Source: Candidatus Doudnabacteria bacterium RIFCSPHIGHO2_01_FULL_46_14 (GTDB lineage: Bacteria > Patescibacteriota > Doudnabacteria > UBA920 > 2-01-FULL-46-14). From it: a DNA stretch of 64,000 nucleotides. Position 1 is the first letter of the stretch. Each line of letters begins with the position of its first letter. The position numbers were made by a program, and so were the translations under genes. A model generated the notes under the pieces. That model did not search any database. It saw only the letters and a list, made by a program, of their open reading frames with translations, and was not told where the DNA came from. The stretch is from NCBI GenBank assembly GCA_001779925.1, contig MFEK01000016.1, positions 78,504 to 142,503 on the forward strand, read 5' to 3'. Positions 45,926 to 54,716 of the stretch are shown in pieces.

Positions 45926-46474
45926 CTATCTCTCGCGCAAAACGTTTTCGCTTCTGATCAAACCTTTTTGAGCTTCTGACAAGTGCTTCAATGCGTTTCC
46001 GCAGGTCCGAATCATCGCCGCTTTGTCTCCTGAAATGACTGATTCAATCAGTTCGTCGGCAATTTCGGATTTCCCCTCAGCGTTCAGAATAGCAATCATC
46101 CTCGCATGGTCTGGCCAGAAATCCGCAAAGCCGAGCTGAAACTGTTCCAACCGATAACGCCGAGAATCCGAACTATTTTTCCAGCTCGCGAGGTGAATAG
46201 AACCAGAACAGAGCAGGACGGAAAGACCGTCGATTCCGGCTTCATGCCAGACCGCAGGCGTGAATATGCCAAACAAGGCCGCTGGCGCATACTGCAAGAC
46301 AAATTTCTGCCACCACTCGCCCCGGGACAGGCCAGCAAACGGATGTTTAAACGATGCCACTAACGCCGTGATGGTAAAAGCTGACAAAAGCAGCGACGAT
46401 CGGGATACTGCCTCTGCTGACAATGTCAGCCCAATCACGCACCCAAATAAATAGGCCATGAGCGTTTTCAACAT
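45926..46474 (-). CDS. Hypothetical membrane protein
   Basis: TM segments; SD AAGGAG. Confidence 0.6.
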   Translation of the reverse strand: MLKTLMAYLFGCVIGLTLSAEAVSRSSLLLSAFTITALVASFKHPFAGLSRGEWWQKFVLQYAPAALFGIFTPAVWHEAGIDGLSVLLCSGSIHLASWKNSSDSRRYRLEQFQLGFADFWPDHARMIAILNAEGKSEIADELIESVISGDKAAMIRTCGNALKHLSEAQKGLIRSENVLRER

Positions 46475-46487
46475 TTCAACTCTCCTT

Positions 46488-47045
46488 TCAGCGTTTTTCT
46501 TCTGTTGACCCTAGAATTTGTTGTGATACTTCAATGAGCTCCCGGCAAAGTTTGTGGAGCTGCTTTTCAGCCTCCACAAGTTCGCCCTCGGTATTCTGGA
46601 GTTTTCTCACCGCCTCTTTTTTCCCTTTTTCCACATCTGCCTGCCAAGCCAGAAGAACTGCCGGCAACGTGGACAAAGCTTGGACTGCTCCAAGTACTTC
46701 CGAGGGTTTAACCAACAGCGCATGTCTTTCAAACCACACGCCCTGACTAAGCCTTATTTTCCTTCCCTGCTTTTGAGCCACAAGACAGGTTGCCGTACAA
46801 CGACGCGAATCTGTTCTTGGAATTTCAGCTATGGCCAGCGACCAACCGTTATTAGTTGGTACGGAACCAAACAGATGTCCTAGCCTATCACTGTGTGGAA
46901 GCAATGCCCCTGCCAATATTTTCACTTCGCTAGGCAATGGGGTCACCGGAACTTTTTCATCACGAATCTGTTCGATACCCTTATCCTCTTTTGCTAAAAG
47001 GGCCATATTTTCCGCCAATTTCAGCCTCGCATTCTCTGTATCCAT
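46488..47045 (-). CDS. Hypothetical coiled-coil protein
   Basis: SD GAGGAGG. Confidence 0.6.
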   Translation of the reverse strand: MDTENARLKLAENMALLAKEDKGIEQIRDEKVPVTPLPSEVKILAGALLPHSDRLGHLFGSVPTNNGWSLAIAEIPRTDSRRCTATCLVAQKQGRKIRLSQGVWFERHALLVKPSEVLGAVQALSTLPAVLLAWQADVEKGKKEAVRKLQNTEGELVEAEKQLHKLCRELIEVSQQILGSTEEKR

Positions 47046-47195
47046 GATTCCTCCTCTGCACCCCGCCAAAAAAGCTTGACGATGGTGACAGGGGAGTGTA
47101 TATTATTCTTATTGAGTGGCCAAGAGCACCATAGGGTGATAACTGCCACCCCTCCCTCAGTCCCTCCCCATCAAGGGGAGGGAAGAAAGATTGGA

Positions 47196-47939
47196 ATGTA
47201 CGCAGAAACATTAGAAAATATCGGGCTGTCGCCTAACGAGGCCAAAATCTACGAAACCCTGCTCGCCAGCGGGGAAATTGGCGTATCTGAGATTTCGTTG
47301 AAATCCAACGTGCACCGTAGAAATGTCTATGACGCATTGAATCGCCTCATTGAAAAAGGCGTGGTGTTTCGTATCTTCCAAAAAAATGAGCATCAATTTC
47401 GAGCGGTGACGCCGGATAAACTGGCAGAAATTCTTGCAGAAAAACAGCAAAGTTTAGATCGCATATTACCGGGAATGCGCAAGCTTTACGAAACAAAACC
47501 GATTGAGGAAGCGGCTTTCATTTACAAAGGCAAAGAAGGCTATAAAAATTATCTGCGCGATATGGCACGCGTGGCCGAGGATACATATTTTTTGGGGGCC
47601 AAGGGACTGTGGTTTACGCCTTGGGTGGAGAAACATTATTTGCTGGATTTTCAGGACGCCATGCATCGCAAAAAAAAGAAATACTACACTCTCTACGATC
47701 CGCGGGTCAAAGAAAAACTGCCCGATGCAGTAAAAAACGTCAAAGGCGAATATAAATTTCTGCCGACCAAATATGCCACGCCAGGCGTAACTGACGTCTT
47801 TGGCGATTATGTCGTGACTTTTACCAGTGTGGACATTGGCAATTTTGGCGAAGACGGAAAAATATTTGTTATGATACATCCAGAACTGGCAGAAACCTAC
47901 CGCACATGGTTTCGACTCATTTGGGATTTACTGAAATAA
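47196..47939 (+). CDS. TrmB-family transcriptional regulator
   Basis: IGLSPNEAKIYETLL, HRRNVYDALNRLIEKG, IYKGKEG. Confidence 0.9.
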   Translation: MYAETLENIGLSPNEAKIYETLLASGEIGVSEISLKSNVHRRNVYDALNRLIEKGVVFRIFQKNEHQFRAVTPDKLAEILAEKQQSLDRILPGMRKLYETKPIEEAAFIYKGKEGYKNYLRDMARVAEDTYFLGAKGLWFTPWVEKHYLLDFQDAMHRKKKKYYTLYDPRVKEKLPDAVKNVKGEYKFLPTKYATPGVTDVFGDYVVTFTSVDIGNFGEDGKIFVMIHPELAETYRTWFRLIWDLLK

Positions 47940-47945
47940 ATATTC

Positions 47946-48251
47946 ATGGAAGTAAAATCCAACCCTAGTGTAGACAAGTTTATTTTATCCCTGGAAATAT
48001 CTGTGGCTGCCAAAGTCGTAAAGACTGTACTATTGCTCAAAGAATTTGGCCATAGATTGACCATGCCTCAGAGCAAAAGTCTTGGAAATGGATTATTCGA
48101 GCTGCGAATTCGAGGGTCAAAAGAAATCAGAATATTTTATTGCTTCCATGAAAGATTCGCCCAGCTACTGCACGGCTTCGTGAAGAAAACTCAACAAACA
48201 CCGCGGAAAGAATTAAACACTGCGGTTGCTAAACTCAGGATGTTGACATGA
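47946..48251 (+). CDS. RelE/HigB-type toxin
   Basis: LFELRIRG..EIRIFY, LLHGFVKKTQQTP. Confidence 0.88.
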   Translation: MEVKSNPSVDKFILSLEISVAAKVVKTVLLLKEFGHRLTMPQSKSLGNGLFELRIRGSKEIRIFYCFHERFAQLLHGFVKKTQQTPRKELNTAVAKLRMLT

Positions 48252-48280
48252 TATAACTTATAGGTTATATTGATTCTACT

Positions 48281-48559
48281 ATGAAAACAACCTCTTTCGA
48301 AAGCTTAAGAAAACGGCTACTAAAAAATAAAGAGTTCAAAAAGGCTTATGACGAGCTAGAGCCTGAATTTGCGTTGATAAGAATGATTATTAGGAAACGC
48401 CTTAATAATGGTCTTACGCAAAAACAGCTAGCTGCAAAGCTGGGCACTAAACAGCCGGTTATCTCGCGCCTTGAAAGCGGCACATACAATCCTTCTATTA
48501 AATTTCTGCATCGGGTTGCGGACGCCCTGGGCGCTGAAATCCATATCTCGATTTCATAA
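48281..48559 (+). CDS. XRE-HTH antitoxin (HigA-like)
   Basis: GLTQKQLAAKLGTKQPVISRLESG; internal promoter TTGACA-17-TATATT with palindrome at 48251-48270. Confidence 0.88.
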   Translation: MKTTSFESLRKRLLKNKEFKKAYDELEPEFALIRMIIRKRLNNGLTQKQLAAKLGTKQPVISRLESGTYNPSIKFLHRVADALGAEIHISIS

Positions 48560-48584
48560 TGTAAAACAGATATAATACCAGTAC

Positions 48585-48661
48585 GGGCGTGTAGCTCAGC
48601 TGGTTAGAGCATCTGTCTTATACACAGAATGTCCCTGGTTCGAATCCAGGCACGCCCACCA
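48585..48661 (+). tRNA. tRNA-Ile(TAT)
   Basis: TCTGT-CT-TAT-AC-ACAGA, GGGCGTG/CACGCCC stem, A73, CCA. Confidence 0.85.
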
Positions 48662-48676
48662 CTACAAAATAAAATT

Positions 48677-49690
48677 ATGGTTGATCAATCACTAGTTTCC
48701 TATATCAAACAAAACATTCGGGACGGGTTTCCGCAAAACGAAATCCAGACCGCGCTTGTTAGTGCCGGCTGGGAAACCGCGGACATTAATGAAGCATTTA
48801 TCCAGGCTGGCCTTATGCCGCAGTCCAAAGCCGCGCCTGTGAATCTACCTCCCGAACTTGCAGGAGAGGGCCTGACCTACAGTCCGACAGAGCACACCTC
48901 TTTTTTGGCGAGACACGGAAGGCTTTTGATAGTTATTGTCGTGATGATCATCCTGTTGCCAGTGCTCGCTTACGGCGGGTTTTGGGCTTACCAGCGGTAT
49001 GCTGTGAAGTCCGAGAATCTCCCGACCCAAGTCGGGATCCCGACAGAGGTCGGGACACCGCCGCCAGCAGCTCCGCAAATCGATGCCCAAGCCGTAATCC
49101 GCGACGAACAGCGGCTCAAAGACATCGAGAGTCTGCAAACTGCGCTGGAAACATATTTTACCGCGAAAAAAACTTACCCCAAGCTGCTTGACGAACTCAT
49201 GGCCGAAAAAATTCTCACGAGCGTACCCACAGATCCAAAAAGCGGGGTACAGTATTTATACAGTCCCTTTGGCCAAACAAGCACTGATTATTCTCTGTCC
49301 TTTATCTTGGAGTCTGACATCGGTACTCTCAAAAAAGGTTTGAACGAAGTCAGCCCCGGCAAACCTCTCAAACCAGAGATAATCAAAAGCCAGGAAGAAG
49401 CAGTGAGGGGCGCCACCACAAAGCCGATCTCGGCCAGTTTACAAATCACTGACCTCTCGCAATCTCCTTTTTACGCAGGCGAAGAGGTGACTGTCAGCAT
49501 AAATTCCTCTGTCGCGCTTGACCAGGTTTTTCTTCTGGTCAACCACATGAAACTTACCGACGAACATTTTCCTTTTAATATCCGCTTTTCAGCGCCGAGA
49601 AATCCCGGAGAATATCCCGTGCAAATCTTTGGCTTCACTAATGATGGGGAGACTTTTATTCAGGCCACAAAATTAACGGTTAAACCTTAG
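48677..49690 (+). CDS. Membrane protein with pseudopilin/GspG-like domain
   Basis: TM followed by RDEQRLKDIESLQTALETYF...YP, VPTDP. Confidence 0.65.
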   Translation: MVDQSLVSYIKQNIRDGFPQNEIQTALVSAGWETADINEAFIQAGLMPQSKAAPVNLPPELAGEGLTYSPTEHTSFLARHGRLLIVIVVMIILLPVLAYGGFWAYQRYAVKSENLPTQVGIPTEVGTPPPAAPQIDAQAVIRDEQRLKDIESLQTALETYFTAKKTYPKLLDELMAEKILTSVPTDPKSGVQYLYSPFGQTSTDYSLSFILESDIGTLKKGLNEVSPGKPLKPEIIKSQEEAVRGATTKPISASLQITDLSQSPFYAGEEVTVSINSSVALDQVFLLVNHMKLTDEHFPFNIRFSAPRNPGEYPVQIFGFTNDGETFIQATKLTVKP

Positions 49691-49706
49691 AAAGGGGGTG
49701 GTTATA

Positions 49707-49838
49707 ATGCCAACTTGTCCAATGTGTAGCGCTGATGTTGACGATGTAGATCAGCATAAAGGCGAAGCCCATCCTGCGGATGCGGGCGGGCCGACTGAGC
49801 CACCTTCTACTCCTGATTCTGGTCAGAGCGCCCAATAA
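49707..49838 (+). CDS. 43-aa zinc-finger-like microprotein (not in ORF track)
   Basis: SD-like GGGGGT; MPTCPMC...HKGEAH; terminator follows at 49851-49902. Confidence 0.6.
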   Translation: MPTCPMCSADVDDVDQHKGEAHPADAGGPTEPPSTPDSGQSAQ

Positions 49839-49918
49839 TTTCGCCCTTACCCTCCTCCCCCCTTCACGACCAGTCAGACTGGTCAGGGGGAGGATTTTTT
49901 TTATGTTATGATTCACAT

Positions 49919-51274
49919 ATGCCATCCATAACTTTTTACGGCGCTACTGAGGAGGTTACCGGGTCATGCTATTTAATACGCGGTAAAAAAATAACCATCC
50001 TGGTAGACTGCGGACTGTTTCAAGGCGAGCGGTTTGCGCGGGCCAAAAATTATGAATCATTGCCTTTCGGCTGCGGCGAGGTGGACCACGTGCTCCTTAC
50101 CCACGCGCATGTTGACCATGCCGGGCGGCTGCCAAAAATCTGTCTTGAAGGTTTTGTGGGGAAAATTTATGCGACTGCTCCGACCTTGGAACTGACAAAA
50201 TATCTCTGGCAAGACGCTCTGGAAATAATGGATATCGAGTACCAGGAAACCGGCCGTCTGCCTTTGTATGCGGCGAAAGATGCTAAAAACGCGGAAAAAT
50301 TTTTTAAGCCAGTCGAATACGGAAAAAAAATCTTCCTCTCTGATACTGATTACGCAATTTTTTATGACGCGGGGCATATTCTCGGCTCTTCATTTATCGA
50401 GCTCGTCATAGACGGTAAAAGGATTGTCTTTTCCGGCGATATCGGCAATGTCCATCCGCCGATCATCCGTGAAACCGAAAAGCTTCCTGAGAATATTGAC
50501 CTGTTGCTTTGCGAGAGCACTTATGGCAACCGCTTGCATGAGCCGCCGGGGGAGAGGCGGAGACTTCTCGAGAAAACTGTGGCCCAGACTATCAAACAAA
50601 AAGGAGTCCTTCTCATCCCCGCGTTTGCTGTGGAGCGGACCCAAGAAATATTATATGAATTTAATCGCATGGTAAATGCAGGACTGATCCCAACAGTACC
50701 GATTTTCCTCGACAGTCCGCTTGCTATAAAGATTACGGAAGTCTTCAAAAAAGATCTCGGGTTTTACAACCACGATGACCAGTTGATTGCCGGAGAGGGC
50801 GATCACGACCTGTTCAATTTCCCGGGACTTCGCCTGACCCAGACGAGGCTTAAATCCAAAGACATTAACAGTGTTCGCCCCCCGAAAATCATCATTGCCG
50901 GCAATGGTATGATGAATGGAGGGCGCATCGTTTACCATTTGGAGCGTTATCTGCCTAACCACAATAATACCTTACTCATCATTGGTTATCAGGCAGCAAA
51001 CACCACGGGCCGGAAAATCCTTGAAGGCCATAAATGGATTCCGCTTTTTACGCGCAGCATTCCAGTGCGGGCTCGGGTGCAGGCAATCGGCGGTTTTTCC
51101 GCGCACGCAGACCAAAAAAAACTTCTATCATGGATTGGCAGCGCAAAAAACCTGAAACGGATTTGTCTAGTGCACGGCGACGCGGAAAATATGGTAGCAT
51201 TCTCTGCAACTATTGCGAAAAGTCTCAAAATCCCCACTTTAATTCCTAAATACGGCAGCGGTGTTGAAATTTAG
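49919..51274 (+). CDS. MBL-fold beta-CASP ribonuclease
   Basis: VTGSC, THAHVDHAGRLP, AGHILGS, ESTYG, FSAHAD, VHGD. Confidence 0.93.
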   Translation: MPSITFYGATEEVTGSCYLIRGKKITILVDCGLFQGERFARAKNYESLPFGCGEVDHVLLTHAHVDHAGRLPKICLEGFVGKIYATAPTLELTKYLWQDALEIMDIEYQETGRLPLYAAKDAKNAEKFFKPVEYGKKIFLSDTDYAIFYDAGHILGSSFIELVIDGKRIVFSGDIGNVHPPIIRETEKLPENIDLLLCESTYGNRLHEPPGERRRLLEKTVAQTIKQKGVLLIPAFAVERTQEILYEFNRMVNAGLIPTVPIFLDSPLAIKITEVFKKDLGFYNHDDQLIAGEGDHDLFNFPGLRLTQTRLKSKDINSVRPPKIIIAGNGMMNGGRIVYHLERYLPNHNNTLLIIGYQAANTTGRKILEGHKWIPLFTRSIPVRARVQAIGGFSAHADQKKLLSWIGSAKNLKRICLVHGDAENMVAFSATIAKSLKIPTLIPKYGSGVEI

Positions 51275-51275
51275 A

Positions 51276-51439
51276 ATTCAAAATGCAAAAATCAAAATTC
51301 CAATCAAAATTTAAAATTACACAGAAGTGTCGTCCTGGGGTACTACGAAGGATCTCTGAATCAATACGAGATTCTTCGGCGAGTACGCCTCAGAATGACA
51401 ATTAGATTTTCATTTTGATATTTAAACTTTACATTTTTT
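51276..51439. repeat. AT-rich CAAAAT/ATTTTG inverted array with a nested GTC..CTG/CAGAATGAC REP-like doublet (51328-51400)
   Basis: Visible in the sequence; related AT-rich arrays at about 26305-26390 and 43240-43340. Confidence 0.65.
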
Positions 51440-52165
51440 ATGTCTGGTCACAGTAAATGGGCGCAAATCAAACGACAAAAGGGAACAGCTGACAAAAAGA
51501 AAGGCCAAGCGTTTTCCAAATTGGCCCGCGAGCTGGCCATTGCCGCCAAGCTTGGGGGAGATCCGGCTAGCAATTTCAAACTACGCCTCGTTATGGACCG
51601 CGCCAAAGACGCTGGCATGACCAAGGACGCAATCGAGCGGGCAGTCAAACGCGGCACAGGAGAAGACAAGGACGCGGCTGTCATCGAGGACGCGATTTAT
51701 GAAGGTTATGGCCCAGGCGGGACAGCATTTTATATTCAGACAGCCACAGACAACACCAATCGGACGCATGGCAACCTCCGGACGATTTTCACCAAACACG
51801 GTGGCAATCTGGCCAGCCGCGGCAGTGTGGCATTTTTGTTCAGCTCTCGCGGCCAGATTCTGGTGCCACGCGATGGCAATCCAAATCTTGAAGAATTAGA
51901 ATTACAAGCAATCGATCTGGGTGCGGAAGACGTGCGGCCATCAGATGAGGGTTTGGAAATTTACACGGTGCCGCTTGATTTGGAAAAAATAAAACAGGGG
52001 CTGGAAAAAGCTGGAATAAAAATCGCGTCTGCCGAAGTAATAATGCAGCCGCAAAACACAGTGGAAATCACAGACGAACAGCTCAAAAAACAAATCATCA
52101 ACCTCAGTTCCGCACTCGAAGAGGATGAAGACGTCATTGGGGTACATACTAACGCAAGCTTTTAA
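51440..52165 (+). CDS. YebC/PmpR family protein
   Basis: MSGHSKWAQIK, YEGYGPGG, TDN.NRT. Confidence 0.96.
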   Translation: MSGHSKWAQIKRQKGTADKKKGQAFSKLARELAIAAKLGGDPASNFKLRLVMDRAKDAGMTKDAIERAVKRGTGEDKDAAVIEDAIYEGYGPGGTAFYIQTATDNTNRTHGNLRTIFTKHGGNLASRGSVAFLFSSRGQILVPRDGNPNLEELELQAIDLGAEDVRPSDEGLEIYTVPLDLEKIKQGLEKAGIKIASAEVIMQPQNTVEITDEQLKKQIINLSSALEEDEDVIGVHTNASF

Positions 52166-52206
52166 CTCAAAACTCAGATCTCAAATCTGATTCTGACATA
52201 TGACAT

Positions 52207-52707
52207 ATGAGTTCTAACATAATCCTAGGCATTGATCCCGGCACAGCCACAACAGGATATGGAGTCATTGATTCCTCCCCCTCGAGGGGAGAGGGCAGGG
52301 TGGGCGTGATGAAATCAATCGAATTCGGCTGTATCCGGACTTCAAAAGACAATTCTCTGCCAGAAAGGCTTGAGGAAATTTACAATGACCTGCAAAAGCT
52401 CATCAAAAAATACCAGCCGGATAAAATCGCTGTGGAATCGGTCTATTTTTATAACAATGTCAAAACCGCGATCGCTGTCGCACAGGCGCGGGGCGTGGTT
52501 CTCCTATGCGCCAGGCAAAATAAAACTCCGGTTTTGGAATTCACGCCGCTCCAGGTAAAAAATAACCTGACAAACTACGGAAAAGCGGAAAAAAAACAGG
52601 TTCAGCAAATGGTCAAAACCCTACTGAACCTGAAATCAATCCCCAAACCCGACGACGCGGCCGACGCCCTCGCCCTCGCCATCTGCGGGGCAAATAAAAA
52701 TTTATGA
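52207..52707 (+). CDS. ruvC: Crossover junction endodeoxyribonuclease RuvC with in-frame repeat insertion (52272-52309)
   Basis: ILGIDPG, QARGV, G.AEKKQV, PDDAADALA. Confidence 0.96.
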   Translation: MSSNIILGIDPGTATTGYGVIDSSPSRGEGRVGVMKSIEFGCIRTSKDNSLPERLEEIYNDLQKLIKKYQPDKIAVESVYFYNNVKTAIAVAQARGVVLLCARQNKTPVLEFTPLQVKNNLTNYGKAEKKQVQQMVKTLLNLKSIPKPDDAADALALAICGANKNL

Positions 52708-53462
52708 TCCAAAGGAAGCCCGAAGGATATAAAGATCTTCTCGCTTACCGGAAAACCGCAGATGTCCAGGAGATGACTTTGGAGCTGACCAATCTGTTTC
52801 CAAGGGCAAAGAATATGCTTAATCTCAAGGACCAAATGGACAGGTCTGGGAGGAGCGGGACGAAAAACATCATCGAGGGCTGGAAACGAAATACCACCAA
52901 CGAGTATTTCACGTTTCTCGGATTTTCGATCGGTGCGTTAGAGGAATTGAAAGACGATTACGCGGATATTGCGAAAGGATTATACCGGAAACTAATGAGA
53001 ATCAAAAGATTGTGGAATCCAAAGGGAGAAATGGGCGAAACGGGAACAATGGGTCAACAGACAACAAATCAAACCCAACAACCGATTTTGTCTCCTGCTT
53101 CGGTTCTGCCCCTTAACCCCTTTCCGCCCTTTACTCCCATTCAGCTGGAATCCCTGCGATTCTACCCGCTCGACACTTCTCTTCCACCCATTGTCCAGCT
53201 TTACCTGAAATGCAAAGAGGTTTTAATGCTCCTCAATAAACTCCAAAAATCTCTGGACCTCAAAATGGACCAGGAAATGACTAAACCGTCCGGCGAACGC
53301 TCCCGCACTCGCATCCAACAATTTAAAATAGAGAACCACGCCGTCGAAAAAGAAATCACCAACCTGGGGTTGGTGAGGCCCGCGAGCGGCCAATTTATTT
53401 CCAAAGCTGAATTCGACTCCCGCACCGCCTCCGGCGAAAAATTAGAATTGTTCAATGGCTAA
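52704..53462 (+). CDS. Four-helix-bundle protein (23S rRNA IVP/Avd-like) with low-complexity insert
   Basis: YKDLLAY, QMDRSGRS..NIIEG, FLGFSIGALEELKDDY. Confidence 0.8.
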   Translation: MIQRKPEGYKDLLAYRKTADVQEMTLELTNLFPRAKNMLNLKDQMDRSGRSGTKNIIEGWKRNTTNEYFTFLGFSIGALEELKDDYADIAKGLYRKLMRIKRLWNPKGEMGETGTMGQQTTNQTQQPILSPASVLPLNPFPPFTPIQLESLRFYPLDTSLPPIVQLYLKCKEVLMLLNKLQKSLDLKMDQEMTKPSGERSRTRIQQFKIENHAVEKEITNLGLVRPASGQFISKAEFDSRTASGEKLELFNG

Positions 53463-53502
53463 TACCTCGTTTTGGCCGTTCCCTTTATTCCCTTTTCACC
53501 CT

Positions 53503-54687
53503 TTAAACAATCCTCAAAAACCTTTTACCGAGGCGGATCAAAGTGCCTTTTGTAAGTTTTACGCTCACATCTACGTCTTTGATTTTAGAGCCGTTCAGGG
53601 TAACGGCTCCTTCTTGTATCTTCCGGCGCGCTTCGGATTTGGAAGCCGCCAATTTACCCTCAACGAGAACGTCGAGAATAGCATAGCTTCCCGGGTTCTT
53701 TTTCAATTCAAAATCAGCTTTTATTTCTCCTTTGCTCTTTCCAAATTTGTTATCAAATTCGGGTTTTGCTTTTTCTGCATCTTTAACACTATGGTACAAT
53801 TTGACGATTTCGGTACCAAGCTTCTCTTTCCAGGCTTTAGGGTTGAAATTAACATTCTCAAGTTTCTTGAGAGGGTTCAATGGTTCTAATTCTATCTCAG
53901 ACACATCAGTCAACAGTAAAAAGTATTTCTGAATCAAACTGTCGGGAATTGACATTATTTTACTGTACATCTCCTGCGGAGATTCAGATAATCCAATGTA
54001 ATTGCCGTAAGATTTGCTCATTTTCTTTACTCCGTCCATCCCCTCAATCAAGGGCACCGTAACAACATCCTGTTCTTTCATACCATATCTGCGTTGCACT
54101 TTTCTGCCGGTCAATAAATTAAATTTCTGGTCAGTTCCCCCCACCTCCACGTCAGCCTTTACTGCCACGGAATCGTAACCTTGCAAAAGAGGATATAGAG
54201 CCTCTAGCATACTCACATCGCGACCATCTTTAATGCGCTTTTGAAAATCATCCCTCTCCATAATGCGCGCAATTGTAAATTTACTAGTGAGCTCAATCAA
54301 AAAGGCCATCCCCTTGGATTTAAACCACTCAGAATTATAACGGACCTCAGTTTTTTTTATATCAATTACTTTACCAGCTTCTTTTAAATAATTTTTCATG
54401 TTGGCCTTGGCTTCTTTCTCTGTCAAAACCGGCCGCTGCTCATTCCGCCCTGAGGGATCACCGATTGTCGCTGTAAAGTCACCAATAATTAAAACAATCT
54501 GATGTCCTGCATTTTGAAAATGTTTGAGTTTTCTTAAAACCACTGTATGGCCTAAATGCAAATCCTTTGCTGTCGGATCAATACCAAGCTTAACTCGCAA
54601 TTTTTTGCCAGACCTTAAAGCTTGCTCAAGATGGCTTTTCTCAATAACTTCATCAACTCCCCGGCTGAGAATCGTTGTAATGTCCAT
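53503..54687 (-). CDS. tyrS: Tyrosyl-tRNA synthetase
   Basis: GIDPT..DLHLGH, YPLLQGYDS, GGTDQKFN, KMSKS, S4 domain. Confidence 0.98.
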   Translation of the reverse strand: MDITTILSRGVDEVIEKSHLEQALRSGKKLRVKLGIDPTAKDLHLGHTVVLRKLKHFQNAGHQIVLIIGDFTATIGDPSGRNEQRPVLTEKEAKANMKNYLKEAGKVIDIKKTEVRYNSEWFKSKGMAFLIELTSKFTIARIMERDDFQKRIKDGRDVSMLEALYPLLQGYDSVAVKADVEVGGTDQKFNLLTGRKVQRRYGMKEQDVVTVPLIEGMDGVKKMSKSYGNYIGLSESPQEMYSKIMSIPDSLIQKYFLLLTDVSEIELEPLNPLKKLENVNFNPKAWKEKLGTEIVKLYHSVKDAEKAKPEFDNKFGKSKGEIKADFELKKNPGSYAILDVLVEGKLAASKSEARRKIQEGAVTLNGSKIKDVDVSVKLTKGTLIRLGKRFLRIV

Positions 54688-54716
54688 AAACTCAATATTA
54701 TTGTATAATCAAGGAA

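Noticed and set aside
52704-53462. Diversity-generating retroelement (Avd-like gene)
   Set aside because: No reverse transcriptase and no TR/VR pair differing at adenines seen
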